Under the pieces are notes generated by a model. That model was not told the DNA's origin, made no database searches, and worked only from the letters and a program-made list of their open reading frames with translations. Shown here piece by piece: positions 18,991-29,209 of a stretch of 64,000 nucleotides of DNA. Location: assembly GCA_044222185.1 (NCBI GenBank), contig JBGANV010000002.1, positions 288,001 to 352,000 on the forward strand, in the 5' to 3' direction. The translations under genes and the position numbers were made by a program. This stretch comes from Planctomycetota bacterium. GTDB taxonomy: Bacteria > Planctomycetota > GCA-002687715 > CAIWVZ01. Position 1 is the stretch's first letter. Every line of letters starts with the position of its first letter.

Positions 18991-20799
18991 TCACGGGATC
19001 CGAAGTCGCGCGTAGCTCGAGATCCGGAAGCCCGGCGGCAAGAGCGACCCGCAGACGGCCTGGGCGCCGAACGTGAGCCCATGCAGGTTCGGGTCGTTCG
19101 GAACGACGAAGCCGAGGGTGGCCGTGTCGCCGATCCCCGTGGTGAGCGTCCCCACCTCGAAGACGGGCCACATCCACACGACGCCGGGCAGACCGAGGTC
19201 GAGCGCTGGGTTCAACTCGTTGAAGCCCATGACGAACGTCGCCGGATTCCCCGCCGGCCACTGGACCCTCACGAAGCCGTTGCCCCCGAGCTGATACGCC
19301 GCCGCGGCATCGGAGGTGGTCAGCGCGGGATGACCGTTCAGCGGATCGATGTCGGATGCATTGGGAAGCCCGTCACCATCGGCGTCGCCCCCGTACTGGA
19401 ACAGGCCCATCATGCCCAGCCCCATGTGCATGACGTCGTGGCAGTGGATCACCCAGCGCCCGGGATTGTCGGCGATGAACTGCAACGACTGACTGCTCGC
19501 GCCGAGGCCGATCGGGCGGATCAGGATCGTGTCCTTGATCGGCGGCGCGGTCGTTCCGCCGGCCGTGTTCATCAGGCGCATGCGATGCCCGTGGAAGTGG
19601 ATCGGGTGCCACATCTCCCCGGTCATCATCATCATCGGCATGGTGTTGTTCAGGTTCAGTTGAACCTGGTCGTTCGGCGAGACGGCGAACGGAGTGACGT
19701 TGGGCCACGCCTGGCCGTTGAACGTGAACGCCATCGTCATGGATCCCATCATCCCGCTCATGGTCATCCCGAGGGCGATGGAGTAGTTGCGGTTCGGGGC
19801 CGCAGTGATGGCGGGGACTGGATCGGCCGCGGCCAGGTTCGTGTAGTCGAGCAGCGTGCCCGTCGAGACGTTGGCAGGGACGAACGATGCCGAGGGCACC
19901 GGGTTCGTCGCGCCGGCATAGGCGACGACCGCTCGAACGAGGGTCGCATTTCGGTTGGTGATCGCAGCAGCCGCGAGGCTCCACACCCCCGGATTCGTCA
20001 GATCGACGATGACGTCATAGCGCTCGCCGACCCCGATCGGGATCGCCTGGCGCACGACGGGAACGACGCGCCGTCCATCGGCATGAGTGACCGTCATGGG
20101 ATGGCCGTCGAGCGCCACCACGTAGTGCGTCATGGCCGCCGCGTTGATGAAACGCAGGCGGAGCCGCTGACCGGCCGTCACTCCGATGGGAACCTGGCCC
20201 GCGCTCGTCTTGCCGTTGATGAGGTTGCCGGTGAACGCACTCGTCCCAGGGAACGCCGGCATCGTCATGGAGCCCATCATTCCCATGCTCATGCTCAACG
20301 GGCCGACGGAGTCGTCGAGGATGATGGTGCGCTCCAGATCGAATGGTGGATCGGCGGCCGGGTTGGCGGGATCGACGATGAGCGCGCCCTGGAGGCCCGT
20401 GTTCATCTGGTTCTCCGCGTGCGGATGGAACCAGAACGTCCCGGACTCGTTCGCGACGAACTGGTAGGTGAACTCCTGGCCCGGCGCGACCGCCGGACGG
20501 GACACCCCGGGGACGCCGTCCATCCCCGCGGGGATCTCCAAGCCGTGCCAATGGATCGAGCTGGGCTCCGCCAGGTTGTTCACGAAGCGAACCTTCAGCG
20601 TCTGGCCTTCGGTCACGCGGAGCACGGGGCCCGGCATGGTGCCGTTGTAGGCCCCGACCGTCAGTGCCGTTCCCGGCTGGGGCTGGACCGTCGCGAGTCC
20701 GGCGGTCACGGTGTATTCGACGACCTGGGCGCGGAGGGCGCTCGCCAGCGCGAGAGCAACCAACGGCAACGTGAAGTTTCGACGAACGAAGAGCCTCAT
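18991..20799 (-). CDS. Multicopper oxidase, Met-rich, with additional C-terminal domain
   Basis: Copper motifs IHWHG, WFHPH, HPIHFHGH and HCHDVMHM...M. Met-rich loops. Tat-like RRNF signal peptide. Confidence 0.9.
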   Translation of the reverse strand: MRLFVRRNFTLPLVALALASALRAQVVEYTVTAGLATVQPQPGTALTVGAYNGTMPGPVLRVTEGQTLKVRFVNNLAEPSSIHWHGLEIPAGMDGVPGVSRPAVAPGQEFTYQFVANESGTFWFHPHAENQMNTGLQGALIVDPANPAADPPFDLERTIILDDSVGPLSMSMGMMGSMTMPAFPGTSAFTGNLINGKTSAGQVPIGVTAGQRLRLRFINAAAMTHYVVALDGHPMTVTHADGRRVVPVVRQAIPIGVGERYDVIVDLTNPGVWSLAAAAITNRNATLVRAVVAYAGATNPVPSASFVPANVSTGTLLDYTNLAAADPVPAITAAPNRNYSIALGMTMSGMMGSMTMAFTFNGQAWPNVTPFAVSPNDQVQLNLNNTMPMMMMTGEMWHPIHFHGHRMRLMNTAGGTTAPPIKDTILIRPIGLGASSQSLQFIADNPGRWVIHCHDVMHMGLGMMGLFQYGGDADGDGLPNASDIDPLNGHPALTTSDAAAAYQLGGNGFVRVQWPAGNPATFVMGFNELNPALDLGLPGVVWMWPVFEVGTLTTGIGDTATLGFVVPNDPNLHGLTFGAQAVCGSLLPPGFRISSYARLRIP

Positions 20800-21139
20800 G
20801 AGTCGATCTCCGGTGATTCGCTCCCGGCAACGGCGAGCCGGTTCGATTTGGACGCAGTCTACGGTGCCGCGGCGCCTGCCTGTGTCGTCTGCGCCGGAAA
20901 CCGTTGGGAACTGCGGCCTCCGACACCCTCCCCCACTCGCCAGACTTCGTACTCGAGCGAGTCCCACAGCCACGACGACACGCCGGCGAGCGGGTTCGAC
21001 TCCCTGCGGAAACCGCGCGACGCCGGAGCCGTGACGCGCGACATCGCCCCACACTCTCCACGGCTCCGTTCGAACGCCCCCGCTCCAATGCCAGCGAGGC
21101 CCTTCCTGTTTCGCGCATGTCCACGCACAACTACCACCG

Positions 21140-22606
21140 ATGACCAAGGTCGTGTTGTTGACGGGGGCTACGGGATACGTGGGCGGACGCCTCCTGCCCC
21201 TCCTCCTGCAGCGTGGATGTCGGGTTCGGTGCCTGGCGCGGAAGCCCGAGGCGCTTCGCGGGCGCGTGCCGGCAGAGGTCGAGGTCGTCGCGGGAGACGT
21301 GCTCGACGCGGAATCGCTCGCCGCAGCGATGAAGGGCGTGGATCACGCCTACTATCTCGTGCACTCCATGGGGTCGGCGGGCGACTTCGCCGAGTCCGAT
21401 CGGCTGGGTGCGGCGAATTTCGCCGCGGCTGCCGCGAAATCCGGCGTGAGAAGCCTCATTTACCTGGGTGGGCTCGGGGAGTCGTCGGCGCAACTGTCGC
21501 CGCATCTGCGGAGTCGTCAGGAAGTCGGCGACGTGCTGCGCGCGTCCGGCGTCCCCGTCGTCGAATTCCGCGCCTCCGTGATCATCGGGTCCGGGAGCCT
21601 CTCGTTCGAGATGGTCCGCGCGCTGACGGAGCGGCTGCCGATCCTCGTCACGCCGCGCTGGGTCCGCGTGCCGGCGCAACCCATCTTCATCGGGGACGTG
21701 CTCGCCTATCTCCTCGCCGCGTTGGACGTGCCCCGGGGACGGGAGCGCATCTTCGAGATCGGCGGCGCGGACGTGGTCTCCTACGGCGACGTCATGCGGG
21801 AGTACGCGCGCCAGCGAGGGCTTCGGAGGTGGATGATCCCCGTACCCGTCCTCACGCCGAAACTCTCGAGTCTGTGGCTCGGACTCGTGACGCCGCTCTA
21901 CGCGCGGATCGGGAGGAAACTCATCGACAGCATGCGCCATCCGACGGTCGTTCGCGATGCGGCCGCGCGGAATGAGTTCGCGCTCGGGCCCATCGGCGTG
22001 CGCGAGGCCATCGCACGAGCGCTGCGCAACGAGGATGCGGATTTCGCCGTCACCCGCTGGTCGGATGCCTTCTCGGCCGCACGCACGCCCCAGCCGTTCG
22101 GCGGGACGCGTCTTGGGAACCGGCTCGTCGACTCGCGGTCGCTTCCGGTTGCGGCCCCGACGGCGGCCGTCTTCGCGGCAGTCGAGCGCATCGGCGGAGC
22201 GAACGGCTGGTACTACGCGCAATCGTTGTGGCTGCTGCGCGGGTGGGTCGACCTCCTCGTCGGCGGCGTCGGAATGCGGCGCGGTAGACGGAACCCGACT
22301 CGTCTGGCAGTGGGCGACGTCCTCGATTGCTGGCGGGTCGAGTCCATCGAGCCAGGACGCCGACTGCGACTCGCGGCGGAGATGATTCTTCCGGGGCGCG
22401 CGTGGCTCGAGTTCGAGGTGACGGGTTCCGGCGACGGGAACGCGTCACAGCTCCGGCAGACGGCGATCTTCGACCCTCGTGGCCTGGCCGGTCTCGCCTA
22501 CTGGTACGGCATCTGGCCGCTTCACCAGCTCGTCTTCGCGGGGATGATCCGAGGGATCGCACGCCGTGCCGTCAGGGAGCAGAAGTCCGGCTCGCAGTCC
22601 GGCTGA
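21140..22606 (+). CDS. SDR/NAD(P)-binding protein with DUF2867 (YbjT-like)
   Basis: TGATGYVG Rossmann motif, YYLVHSM, HLRSR, IGGANGWY, RLAAEMILPGRAWLEF and FDPRGLAGLAYWY. Confidence 0.88.
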   Translation: MTKVVLLTGATGYVGGRLLPLLLQRGCRVRCLARKPEALRGRVPAEVEVVAGDVLDAESLAAAMKGVDHAYYLVHSMGSAGDFAESDRLGAANFAAAAAKSGVRSLIYLGGLGESSAQLSPHLRSRQEVGDVLRASGVPVVEFRASVIIGSGSLSFEMVRALTERLPILVTPRWVRVPAQPIFIGDVLAYLLAALDVPRGRERIFEIGGADVVSYGDVMREYARQRGLRRWMIPVPVLTPKLSSLWLGLVTPLYARIGRKLIDSMRHPTVVRDAAARNEFALGPIGVREAIARALRNEDADFAVTRWSDAFSAARTPQPFGGTRLGNRLVDSRSLPVAAPTAAVFAAVERIGGANGWYYAQSLWLLRGWVDLLVGGVGMRRGRRNPTRLAVGDVLDCWRVESIEPGRRLRLAAEMILPGRAWLEFEVTGSGDGNASQLRQTAIFDPRGLAGLAYWYGIWPLHQLVFAGMIRGIARRAVREQKSGSQSG

Positions 22607-22690
22607 CGGCGGACGGACCGTGGATCGAGACGCCCTGACGTCGCCCTCGTGACGACGGGGCGCGTGAGCGTCAGGCTGCCACCGTCGCGC

Positions 22691-25096
22691 TCAATCGTTC
22701 GGCAGCTTGGACATCGCGGCCATGACGTCGTTCAGCCGCCTCTCGTTGCCGAGTCGCGCGAAATGGGTGCGCGCCCAGGTGAACAGTTTGCGTGCCTGCT
22801 GCGTGCGACTTGGGAACTCGGCCGCCACGCGCGCGGTCGTGACGAGGATCTCCGGGTCCTGGGGCTCGAGCTCGAACACCACGTCGACGAAGTTCTCCGC
22901 CTCTTCCTTCGAGACGATCTCCGGATGGTCGAGATGGATCGCCAGCAGACGCCACGGTGCCAGCGGAGCCTGGGGGTAGTCCCGCAGGATCGACCGATAG
23001 TTCTCCGCGGCCTCCTTCCACTTCTGGTCACGTTCGTCCAGTCGGGCGAGGACGAACCGCGCGCCCTCGCTGCCCTTGCGGATGCGAAGCGCTTCTTCGG
23101 CGTAGGCGCGCGACCTGACCGGGTCCCGATCGAGCACCGTCAGCGCCAGCATCTCGTAGACGATGTTCGCGGAGACGCGCACCCGGTCGGCGCGCTGTTG
23201 CTTCAACTCGTTCTCGACAGTGCGTAGCGCCGCGTCGAAACGGGCGTTCCCGTCGGCCGTGGTGTCGAGGGATTCCATGGCGACGGCGACTGCACCGATC
23301 AACGGTTCGTCAGGCGCCAGCTTGAGCGCTTCTGCAAGCGTCTCCTTCGTCGACTTCACGAGTTCGGCGCGTTCGTCCCGATCGGCCTCGCGGATCTGGG
23401 AATAGCCCATGGAGACGAGCATGGTCCTGGCGATGACGTGATTGGGGTCCAGGTCGAGGAAGCTCTGGAGGATCTCCGTCGCCTTCTGGAATCGGCGGAG
23501 GCGGAAGTTCGCCAGCGCGAGGCCGAAGCGGCTCTGGGGCCAGGTCGGGTTCAGCTGCTTGGCTTTCTCGAAGGCCTCGGCGGCGTCGCGCGAGCGACCA
23601 TTCGTCACGAGGAAGATCCCGAGCGACGTCAAGCGGACGGGATCGGAGATGCCCTCGATCTTCGCCGACTCGAGCACGGTCTTGGCTTCCGCTTCGCGAC
23701 CCATGAATCTCAGCACGGTTCCGCGAGCGAAGCGGAGTGCGGCATCGTTGGGCGCGATCTTCAGTCCGCGATCGAACTCGGCGAGAGCCCGATCCGGCTG
23801 ATCCGTGTTGAACTGTACGAGTCCGCGCTGGAGATAGACCTCGACCAGCGACGGGTCCAACTGCTGCGCCTCGTCGAGCAGCGGGAGCACGTCGGACGGC
23901 TGTCCACCGATGGCGCGCATGAGGCTGCTCTCGAGTTTGGATCGGGCGAGTTGCTTGTCGTTCGCCTGACTGCGGACGAGTTGCCAGCCGATGATCACCG
24001 CGGCCACGACCACGAGCGCGGTGATCCCGACGGAAACGCGCCGGCGCCGCACGAACTTGATGATCCGCGTGAGCGTTCCCGCGGGTCGCGCGAGGATCGG
24101 CTCGTCCCTGAGGAAGTGCTCGAGGTCGTCGCCGAATTCGGCCGCCGTCGCGTAGCGGCGCTCCGGATTCCGCTCCATCGCCTTCAGGCAGATCACTTCC
24201 AGGTCGCAGGGAACGTCCGGGTTGTGGCGGCTCGGCGGAACGGGGTCGTCCGTCTGGATCCGCTGGATCATCAAGTGCGTGGAGGTCTCTTCGTACGGTC
24301 TGCGACCCGCGATGATCTCGTAGAGCGTGACGCCGAGCGCGTAGATGTCGCTGCGTCGCGTGATGGCTTCACGGCTCGCGGACAGCTGCTCGGGGCTCAT
24401 GTACGCGAGCGTCCCCATGACCTCGCCGGAGAGCGTCAGCGTGTCGCCCGCGGCTTCCGTGCGAGCGAGGCCGAAGTCGGCGATCTTCGCCACGTCGTGG
24501 AGATCGACGAGGATGTTGGCCGGCTTGATGTCGCGGTGGAGGAGGCCTGCTTCGTGCGCCGCGTGCAGACCCCGCGACGCCGCAATGAGGATGCGCAACA
24601 GGCGGCGCGTCTCCGTCGCTTCGGGGCGATCTCCGGGCCCACTCGGCGCGGAGACTCTCAGCGGGCTCCCGGCAGGGACGTCGACCGACGTGGACGGCGA
24701 CAGGACCTGATCTCCCAGCCGAACGGTCGACGTCGACTCGGCCGACGGAACCGTCAGCGGGTTTGCCGCGCCCGAGCGCTGGCGAAGCAGCCTCTCGAGC
24801 GGGCTGCCCTCGACGAACTCCATGGCGATGAACTGCTGCCCGTCCGACTCGCCGTAGGCGAACACCTGCACGATGTTGGGATGTGTGAGCTTGGCTGCCG
24901 ACGCCGCCTCGCGGCGGAATCGCTCGACGACCTGACGGTTCGAACGGTTGATCCCCAGGATGACCTTCAACGCCACACGCCGGTTCAGCGACGCCTGTCG
25001 CGCTTCATAGACCACGCCCATGCCGCCGCGACCGATCTCGCGAACGATCTGGAAGTCGCCGATGCGAAGCGGTGATGAAAGCGGTTCGATGGTCAC
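22691..25096 (-). CDS. Ser/Thr protein kinase with TM helix and TPR domain
   Basis: GRGGMGVVY, VALK, HRDIKPAN, DFGLAR and GTLAYMSPEQ motifs. TM helix then TPR-like helices. Confidence 0.92.
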   Translation of the reverse strand: MTIEPLSSPLRIGDFQIVREIGRGGMGVVYEARQASLNRRVALKVILGINRSNRQVVERFRREAASAAKLTHPNIVQVFAYGESDGQQFIAMEFVEGSPLERLLRQRSGAANPLTVPSAESTSTVRLGDQVLSPSTSVDVPAGSPLRVSAPSGPGDRPEATETRRLLRILIAASRGLHAAHEAGLLHRDIKPANILVDLHDVAKIADFGLARTEAAGDTLTLSGEVMGTLAYMSPEQLSASREAITRRSDIYALGVTLYEIIAGRRPYEETSTHLMIQRIQTDDPVPPSRHNPDVPCDLEVICLKAMERNPERRYATAAEFGDDLEHFLRDEPILARPAGTLTRIIKFVRRRRVSVGITALVVVAAVIIGWQLVRSQANDKQLARSKLESSLMRAIGGQPSDVLPLLDEAQQLDPSLVEVYLQRGLVQFNTDQPDRALAEFDRGLKIAPNDAALRFARGTVLRFMGREAEAKTVLESAKIEGISDPVRLTSLGIFLVTNGRSRDAAEAFEKAKQLNPTWPQSRFGLALANFRLRRFQKATEILQSFLDLDPNHVIARTMLVSMGYSQIREADRDERAELVKSTKETLAEALKLAPDEPLIGAVAVAMESLDTTADGNARFDAALRTVENELKQQRADRVRVSANIVYEMLALTVLDRDPVRSRAYAEEALRIRKGSEGARFVLARLDERDQKWKEAAENYRSILRDYPQAPLAPWRLLAIHLDHPEIVSKEEAENFVDVVFELEPQDPEILVTTARVAAEFPSRTQQARKLFTWARTHFARLGNERRLNDVMAAMSKLPND

Positions 25097-25236
25097 GTTC
25101 CGATCCCAGTGGGGACGAGCGGGAAAAATGAGGCAGAGGATACCGGCCTTCCCCGGTCCGACGGAAGGCGGCGATCGGAGGTCGTGGGACCCTCAGGCAC
25201 CCGGCGATCGGGGCCAGAGCGGAGCCGCGGAGTGGC

Positions 25237-25752
25237 TCAGAGCGTGCGCTGGTAGAAGGTGTCGCAGGCGCCGTGGCCCGTCTCACCGCGCGGCGAACAG
25301 ATCGAAGCAAACCCGCGCCGCTCGTAGAGCTTCCGCGCGGCCGTCATGTTGTGCCTGGTCTCGAGGTACATCGTCCGATAGCCGACACGCCGGGCGGCTT
25401 CGATGCAGAGGTCGATCAGCTTGCTGCCGTTTCCGAACCCGCGGCCCTCGGCGAGCAGATACATCTTGCGCAACTCGCAGATTCCGTCCCGCGGATCGGA
25501 TCCGGCGAGCGGGCCGAATCCCGCGCCCCCGACGACACGGGCGTGACCGTCGCCGTCGACGCGCTCGAGCACCCAGTAGCTCGCATCGCCGCCCGGATAG
25601 GCGCGCGACATGTAATCCAGCTCGGCGTCACTGCTCGCGAACCCAGGGCCCACGCAGGCGAACTCCGCCAGCGTCTGCCTCACGATCGCACCGATTGCGA
25701 CGTCGTCGGTCGCGTCGATCGGCCGGATCCGCCACGTCACGTCCTTCGCCAT
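25237..25752 (-). CDS. GNAT family N-acetyltransferase (YjgM-like)
   Basis: VVGGAG, CELRKMYL, RGFGNG, MYLET and ARKLYERRGF motifs. Confidence 0.88.
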   Translation of the reverse strand: MAKDVTWRIRPIDATDDVAIGAIVRQTLAEFACVGPGFASSDAELDYMSRAYPGGDASYWVLERVDGDGHARVVGGAGFGPLAGSDPRDGICELRKMYLLAEGRGFGNGSKLIDLCIEAARRVGYRTMYLETRHNMTAARKLYERRGFASICSPRGETGHGACDTFYQRTL

Positions 25753-25753
25753 G

Positions 25754-27793
25754 TCACCGGCTCCTGGACTCGGCGACCCTGCGCTCGCCGATGAGCGACC
25801 GGCGGATCTCGAGTTCCAGCGGCGTCGCCTTGGGATCGAGCTCGAGCTTGAAGTTCTCGACGATGCGCGGCGACGTGCGATGCTCGATCACCTTCTCGAC
25901 ACCCGAACGCCGTACGGTCACCTTCACCACGTCCCCGGGCGTGGGAACCGCCAGCGCCGCGCGAGCCTGCGCCAGGTTGGATATGGCCGTGCCGTTCACG
26001 GCGACGATCTGATCGTCGCCCATGAATCCACTCTTCTCCAAGGCCGAGTCTGAGGGTGGCGAGCCGATGACGATCCGGTCCTCGATGGCGCGCAGACGGA
26101 GTGCGGCCGAATCGGGTGACGCCGGGATCGTGACTTCGATCGTCTTTTCGTCCGTCGCGCGGCGGATCTTGATCGCGACCTTCTGTCCCACGTCGGCGCG
26201 CCGCAACGCCCGCGTGAGCGCTCCGCCCGAGCCCACCTCGACGCCGTCGACGGCGAGAACGACGTCGCCCGTCTTCAGTCCGGCTCTTCCGAACGCCGAC
26301 TGCTCGTCGACCCGCACGGCCACTCCGTTTTCCGCCGACGTCACTTCGAAGGCGACGGCGGGCACGACGCGTTTCGTGACGGCCGCGGTGCAACCCATGA
26401 AGCGGAAGTAGTGTCCCCAGTCGATCTCCTGTGCGGACGAGACGTGGCGCAGGAAGAAGTCGTGGAGGTCCACGCCGGTAGCGTCGTAGATGGCCGTGAC
26501 CACGTCTTCCGACTGGAACCCGACGGGTCCCGAGAAGCGCTGGAACATCAACCGCATGGCGTCGTCGAGGCACTTTGCGTTCTCGGTCCGCCCGCGGATC
26601 TCCAGGTCCATGAGGAGGCCCAGGATCTCACCCTGGGTGTAGTAGCTGATCGCGCCGCTGAGGTACGCGCTGTCCCAAACGGTCCATGACGCCTCCTCGG
26701 GCGAGATCACGCGACTCGCCGGATTGCCGACGAACCCCGAGATCGTGCCGTCGTAGGAGCTGATGAACTGCTCTTCGCTCATCAGCCCGGCGCGGGCCAG
26801 GATGATGTTGGCGTAGTAGCTCGTGAGACCTTCGCTGATCCACAGGCTCTTCGTGCGCACGGGGCCGTCGTAGTCGAACGGCCCCAGTGCCTTGGGCCGC
26901 AGCCGTTTGACGTTCCAGGTGTGGAAGAACTCGTGAGCCGTCACCCCCTGCAGCGCGTTCGGGTTCTGGCGTAGCGCCGTCGAACTCGTGCCGATGGTCG
27001 TCGACGTCAGATGCTCGAGTCCGCCGCCTCCGCCGTTGGAGTAGATGAACGTGTAGTGCTCGTACGGCACGCCACCCATGATGTCGCTCGCCGCGACGAC
27101 GATCCGACGCACGCAATCGACGACCTTCGGTGGATCGAACGGGATCGCCTTGCCCTGGTTGTCGTAGGCGACGCGGCACGGCACGCCCTTCACCTCGAAG
27201 TTCCAGGTTTCGATCTTTCCGAGGAGGACGGGGCAATCGAGGAGCCAGTCGGCGTTCTTCGCCGTGAACACCATGGGATCGAACGTGGGCGACAGGCCCG
27301 TGCCGACCTTCCAGTCGGCCGGGAGCTTGAACCGCACGTGGGCGGGCAGCTCCTTGTGGTCGCGCCAGTAGAGATAGTTGCGGGGGCCGTCCAGGAGCCC
27401 GCCATGCTGCGTCAGATAGCTGCGGTTGTTGACGCCGCGACCGGGCTTGTCGAAGGTCCACCGCACCGTGATCCGAGTCGCACCCTTGGAATCGACCACC
27501 CAGGTGAGGTCGTTCGGATGCGTGACGGCGCGCGCAGCTCCGCGCTCGTCGACGGCCACGACGTCCTTGATCTGCTTGGCAGCGTTCATCAGGCGGTATG
27601 AGCCCGGCGCCCACGCGGCGACCGACAGCGCCACTTCCGCGCGGTCCGGCCCGAAGATCTCCAGCGCGTGGTGGAAGGCGTCGAAATCGTCGTCCCTGAC
27701 CTCGACCTCGTACAGAAGCCTGGGCGCACCCTGACCGGCGGCCAGGGTCGCGGCAAACAGGATCGCGGCGAGAACTCGGATCTGGCGAAGCAT
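25754..27793 (-). CDS. M61 glycyl aminopeptidase with PDZ domains, secreted
   Basis: AWAPGSY, GGLEH, AHEFFHTWN, LWISEGLTSYY and SYYTQG motifs. C-terminal PDZ-like GLKTGDVVLAVDG and GDDQIVAVNG. Confidence 0.9.
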   Translation of the reverse strand: MLRQIRVLAAILFAATLAAGQGAPRLLYEVEVRDDDFDAFHHALEIFGPDRAEVALSVAAWAPGSYRLMNAAKQIKDVVAVDERGAARAVTHPNDLTWVVDSKGATRITVRWTFDKPGRGVNNRSYLTQHGGLLDGPRNYLYWRDHKELPAHVRFKLPADWKVGTGLSPTFDPMVFTAKNADWLLDCPVLLGKIETWNFEVKGVPCRVAYDNQGKAIPFDPPKVVDCVRRIVVAASDIMGGVPYEHYTFIYSNGGGGGLEHLTSTTIGTSSTALRQNPNALQGVTAHEFFHTWNVKRLRPKALGPFDYDGPVRTKSLWISEGLTSYYANIILARAGLMSEEQFISSYDGTISGFVGNPASRVISPEEASWTVWDSAYLSGAISYYTQGEILGLLMDLEIRGRTENAKCLDDAMRLMFQRFSGPVGFQSEDVVTAIYDATGVDLHDFFLRHVSSAQEIDWGHYFRFMGCTAAVTKRVVPAVAFEVTSAENGVAVRVDEQSAFGRAGLKTGDVVLAVDGVEVGSGGALTRALRRADVGQKVAIKIRRATDEKTIEVTIPASPDSAALRLRAIEDRIVIGSPPSDSALEKSGFMGDDQIVAVNGTAISNLAQARAALAVPTPGDVVKVTVRRSGVEKVIEHRTSPRIVENFKLELDPKATPLELEIRRSLIGERRVAESRSR

Positions 27794-27970
27794 GGGGACT
27801 CCCAAGTGGATGCAACCGGTCATGCGTGGCGAACAGTCTGCCCCCGGCGGGTCGCCCATCATACGGGAGAACTCGTCGTCCGCCTCCCGATGGCGCCAGC
27901 GCCCATGCGGATAGGATGTCCGCTCGTCGCGCCGGGCCCGGGAGCCGGTCTGCCGCGACCGGAGCCAGTG

Positions 27971-29209
27971 ATGTCACCACGCCGTCTCGTTCCGCTCGTC
28001 GTCCTCTTCGGGCTCGTCTCCGTCCTCGCGCCGGCGCAGGCGGCGGCGTCCCGCCCGACGATGAAGGGCACGCTGACGACCGAGAAGGGAGTCCGCGTCC
28101 TGCGACTCCATGGCTCGCACGAGGAGATGGGTTTCGCCCACGGATACCTGCTCGCCGCGGAGATCGTGGAGGGACTGGAGAGCTACATCATCAACTCTCC
28201 GGTCGTACTCGGCGCGAAGTCGTACACGGAGGTCGTGCTTCCGAAGGTGAAACGACTCATCGCGTTCTCCCCCGAGCACGAGGCCGAGCTCCGCGGGATG
28301 CTCGCCGGCATTCGCGAGGGCTTGGGCGGCAAGGCGCCCGTCCCGCTCCTCGGACGCGAGCTGGAGTTGATCGACCTCCAGGCGCTGAACAGCTACGGGG
28401 ACTGGTACCGCTTCGCATGCTCGAGCTTCTCCGTCTGGGGAAAGCTGTCGGCGGACGGCAAGGTGATCACGGCACGGAACTTCGACTTCCCGCCCAAGCC
28501 GATCCTCGAAAAGACCCAGCTCCTGATCGGCTACGCGCCGGCGGACCTCGCCGAGAAGCGCTGGGTCAACGTGGCGTTCCCGGGGATCATCGGACTGATC
28601 TCGGGCATGAGCGAAGACGGCGTGGGCCTGTTCGTGCACGACGTGGCGCCGAAGAAGGGAGCGGAGTCGGCCGGCGTCCATTCGCGGCTGCTCGCCCTCA
28701 GGGACGCGATCGAGGCCGCACCGGCGGCGGACGCCGTCGTCACCGTCCACAAACTCCTGCGCGACCGCACGACGTGGATGGGCAACAACGTGCACGTGAC
28801 GTCGCCCTGGGACGGGACGCTGCGCCCTGCCGGAATCATCGAATACGACGGCCTCGAGTCGCTCGACGAGGGCGCGACGCTCCGTCTCTCGGACGACGCG
28901 GACGAGTACGTGCTCTGCACCAATCACTACCGGCTGCGTGCGACCCCGCAGAAGTGCTCCCGTTACTCCCGACTCTCGAAGCAACTCGCCGAGCTGGCGG
29001 AGAAGGGGAAGAAGGTCGACCCGACCGTGGCGCGGTCGCTGATGTCGTCGATCACGCAGGATTCCTTGTTCTCCCGCACGGTTCATACCGTCATCTTCCA
29101 GCCGTCCGACAAGCGTCTCTCCGTGATGATGACGCATGGCGGCAAGGTCGCGCCGGCCTCGGAGCCGGTGACGTTCACGCTGGACGAATTGCTTCCGCCA
29201 CGACGATGA
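27971..29209 (+). CDS. C45-like Ntn-hydrolase (autoproteolytic acyltransferase/peptidase), secreted
   Basis: Signal peptide, GSHEEMGFAHG, nucleophile context ACSSF, ARNFDF, GMSEDG and CTNHY. Confidence 0.8.
   Translation: MSPRRLVPLVVLFGLVSVLAPAQAAASRPTMKGTLTTEKGVRVLRLHGSHEEMGFAHGYLLAAEIVEGLESYIINSPVVLGAKSYTEVVLPKVKRLIAFSPEHEAELRGMLAGIREGLGGKAPVPLLGRELELIDLQALNSYGDWYRFACSSFSVWGKLSADGKVITARNFDFPPKPILEKTQLLIGYAPADLAEKRWVNVAFPGIIGLISGMSEDGVGLFVHDVAPKKGAESAGVHSRLLALRDAIEAAPAADAVVTVHKLLRDRTTWMGNNVHVTSPWDGTLRPAGIIEYDGLESLDEGATLRLSDDADEYVLCTNHYRLRATPQKCSRYSRLSKQLAELAEKGKKVDPTVARSLMSSITQDSLFSRTVHTVIFQPSDKRLSVMMTHGGKVAPASEPVTFTLDELLPPRR

Noticed and set aside
20800-21139. Copper-sensing leader ORF or riboswitch upstream of the multicopper oxidase
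   Set aside because: I could not recognise a convincing CxxC-type leader peptide on the coding strand or a known RNA motif. An Rfam scan would be needed.
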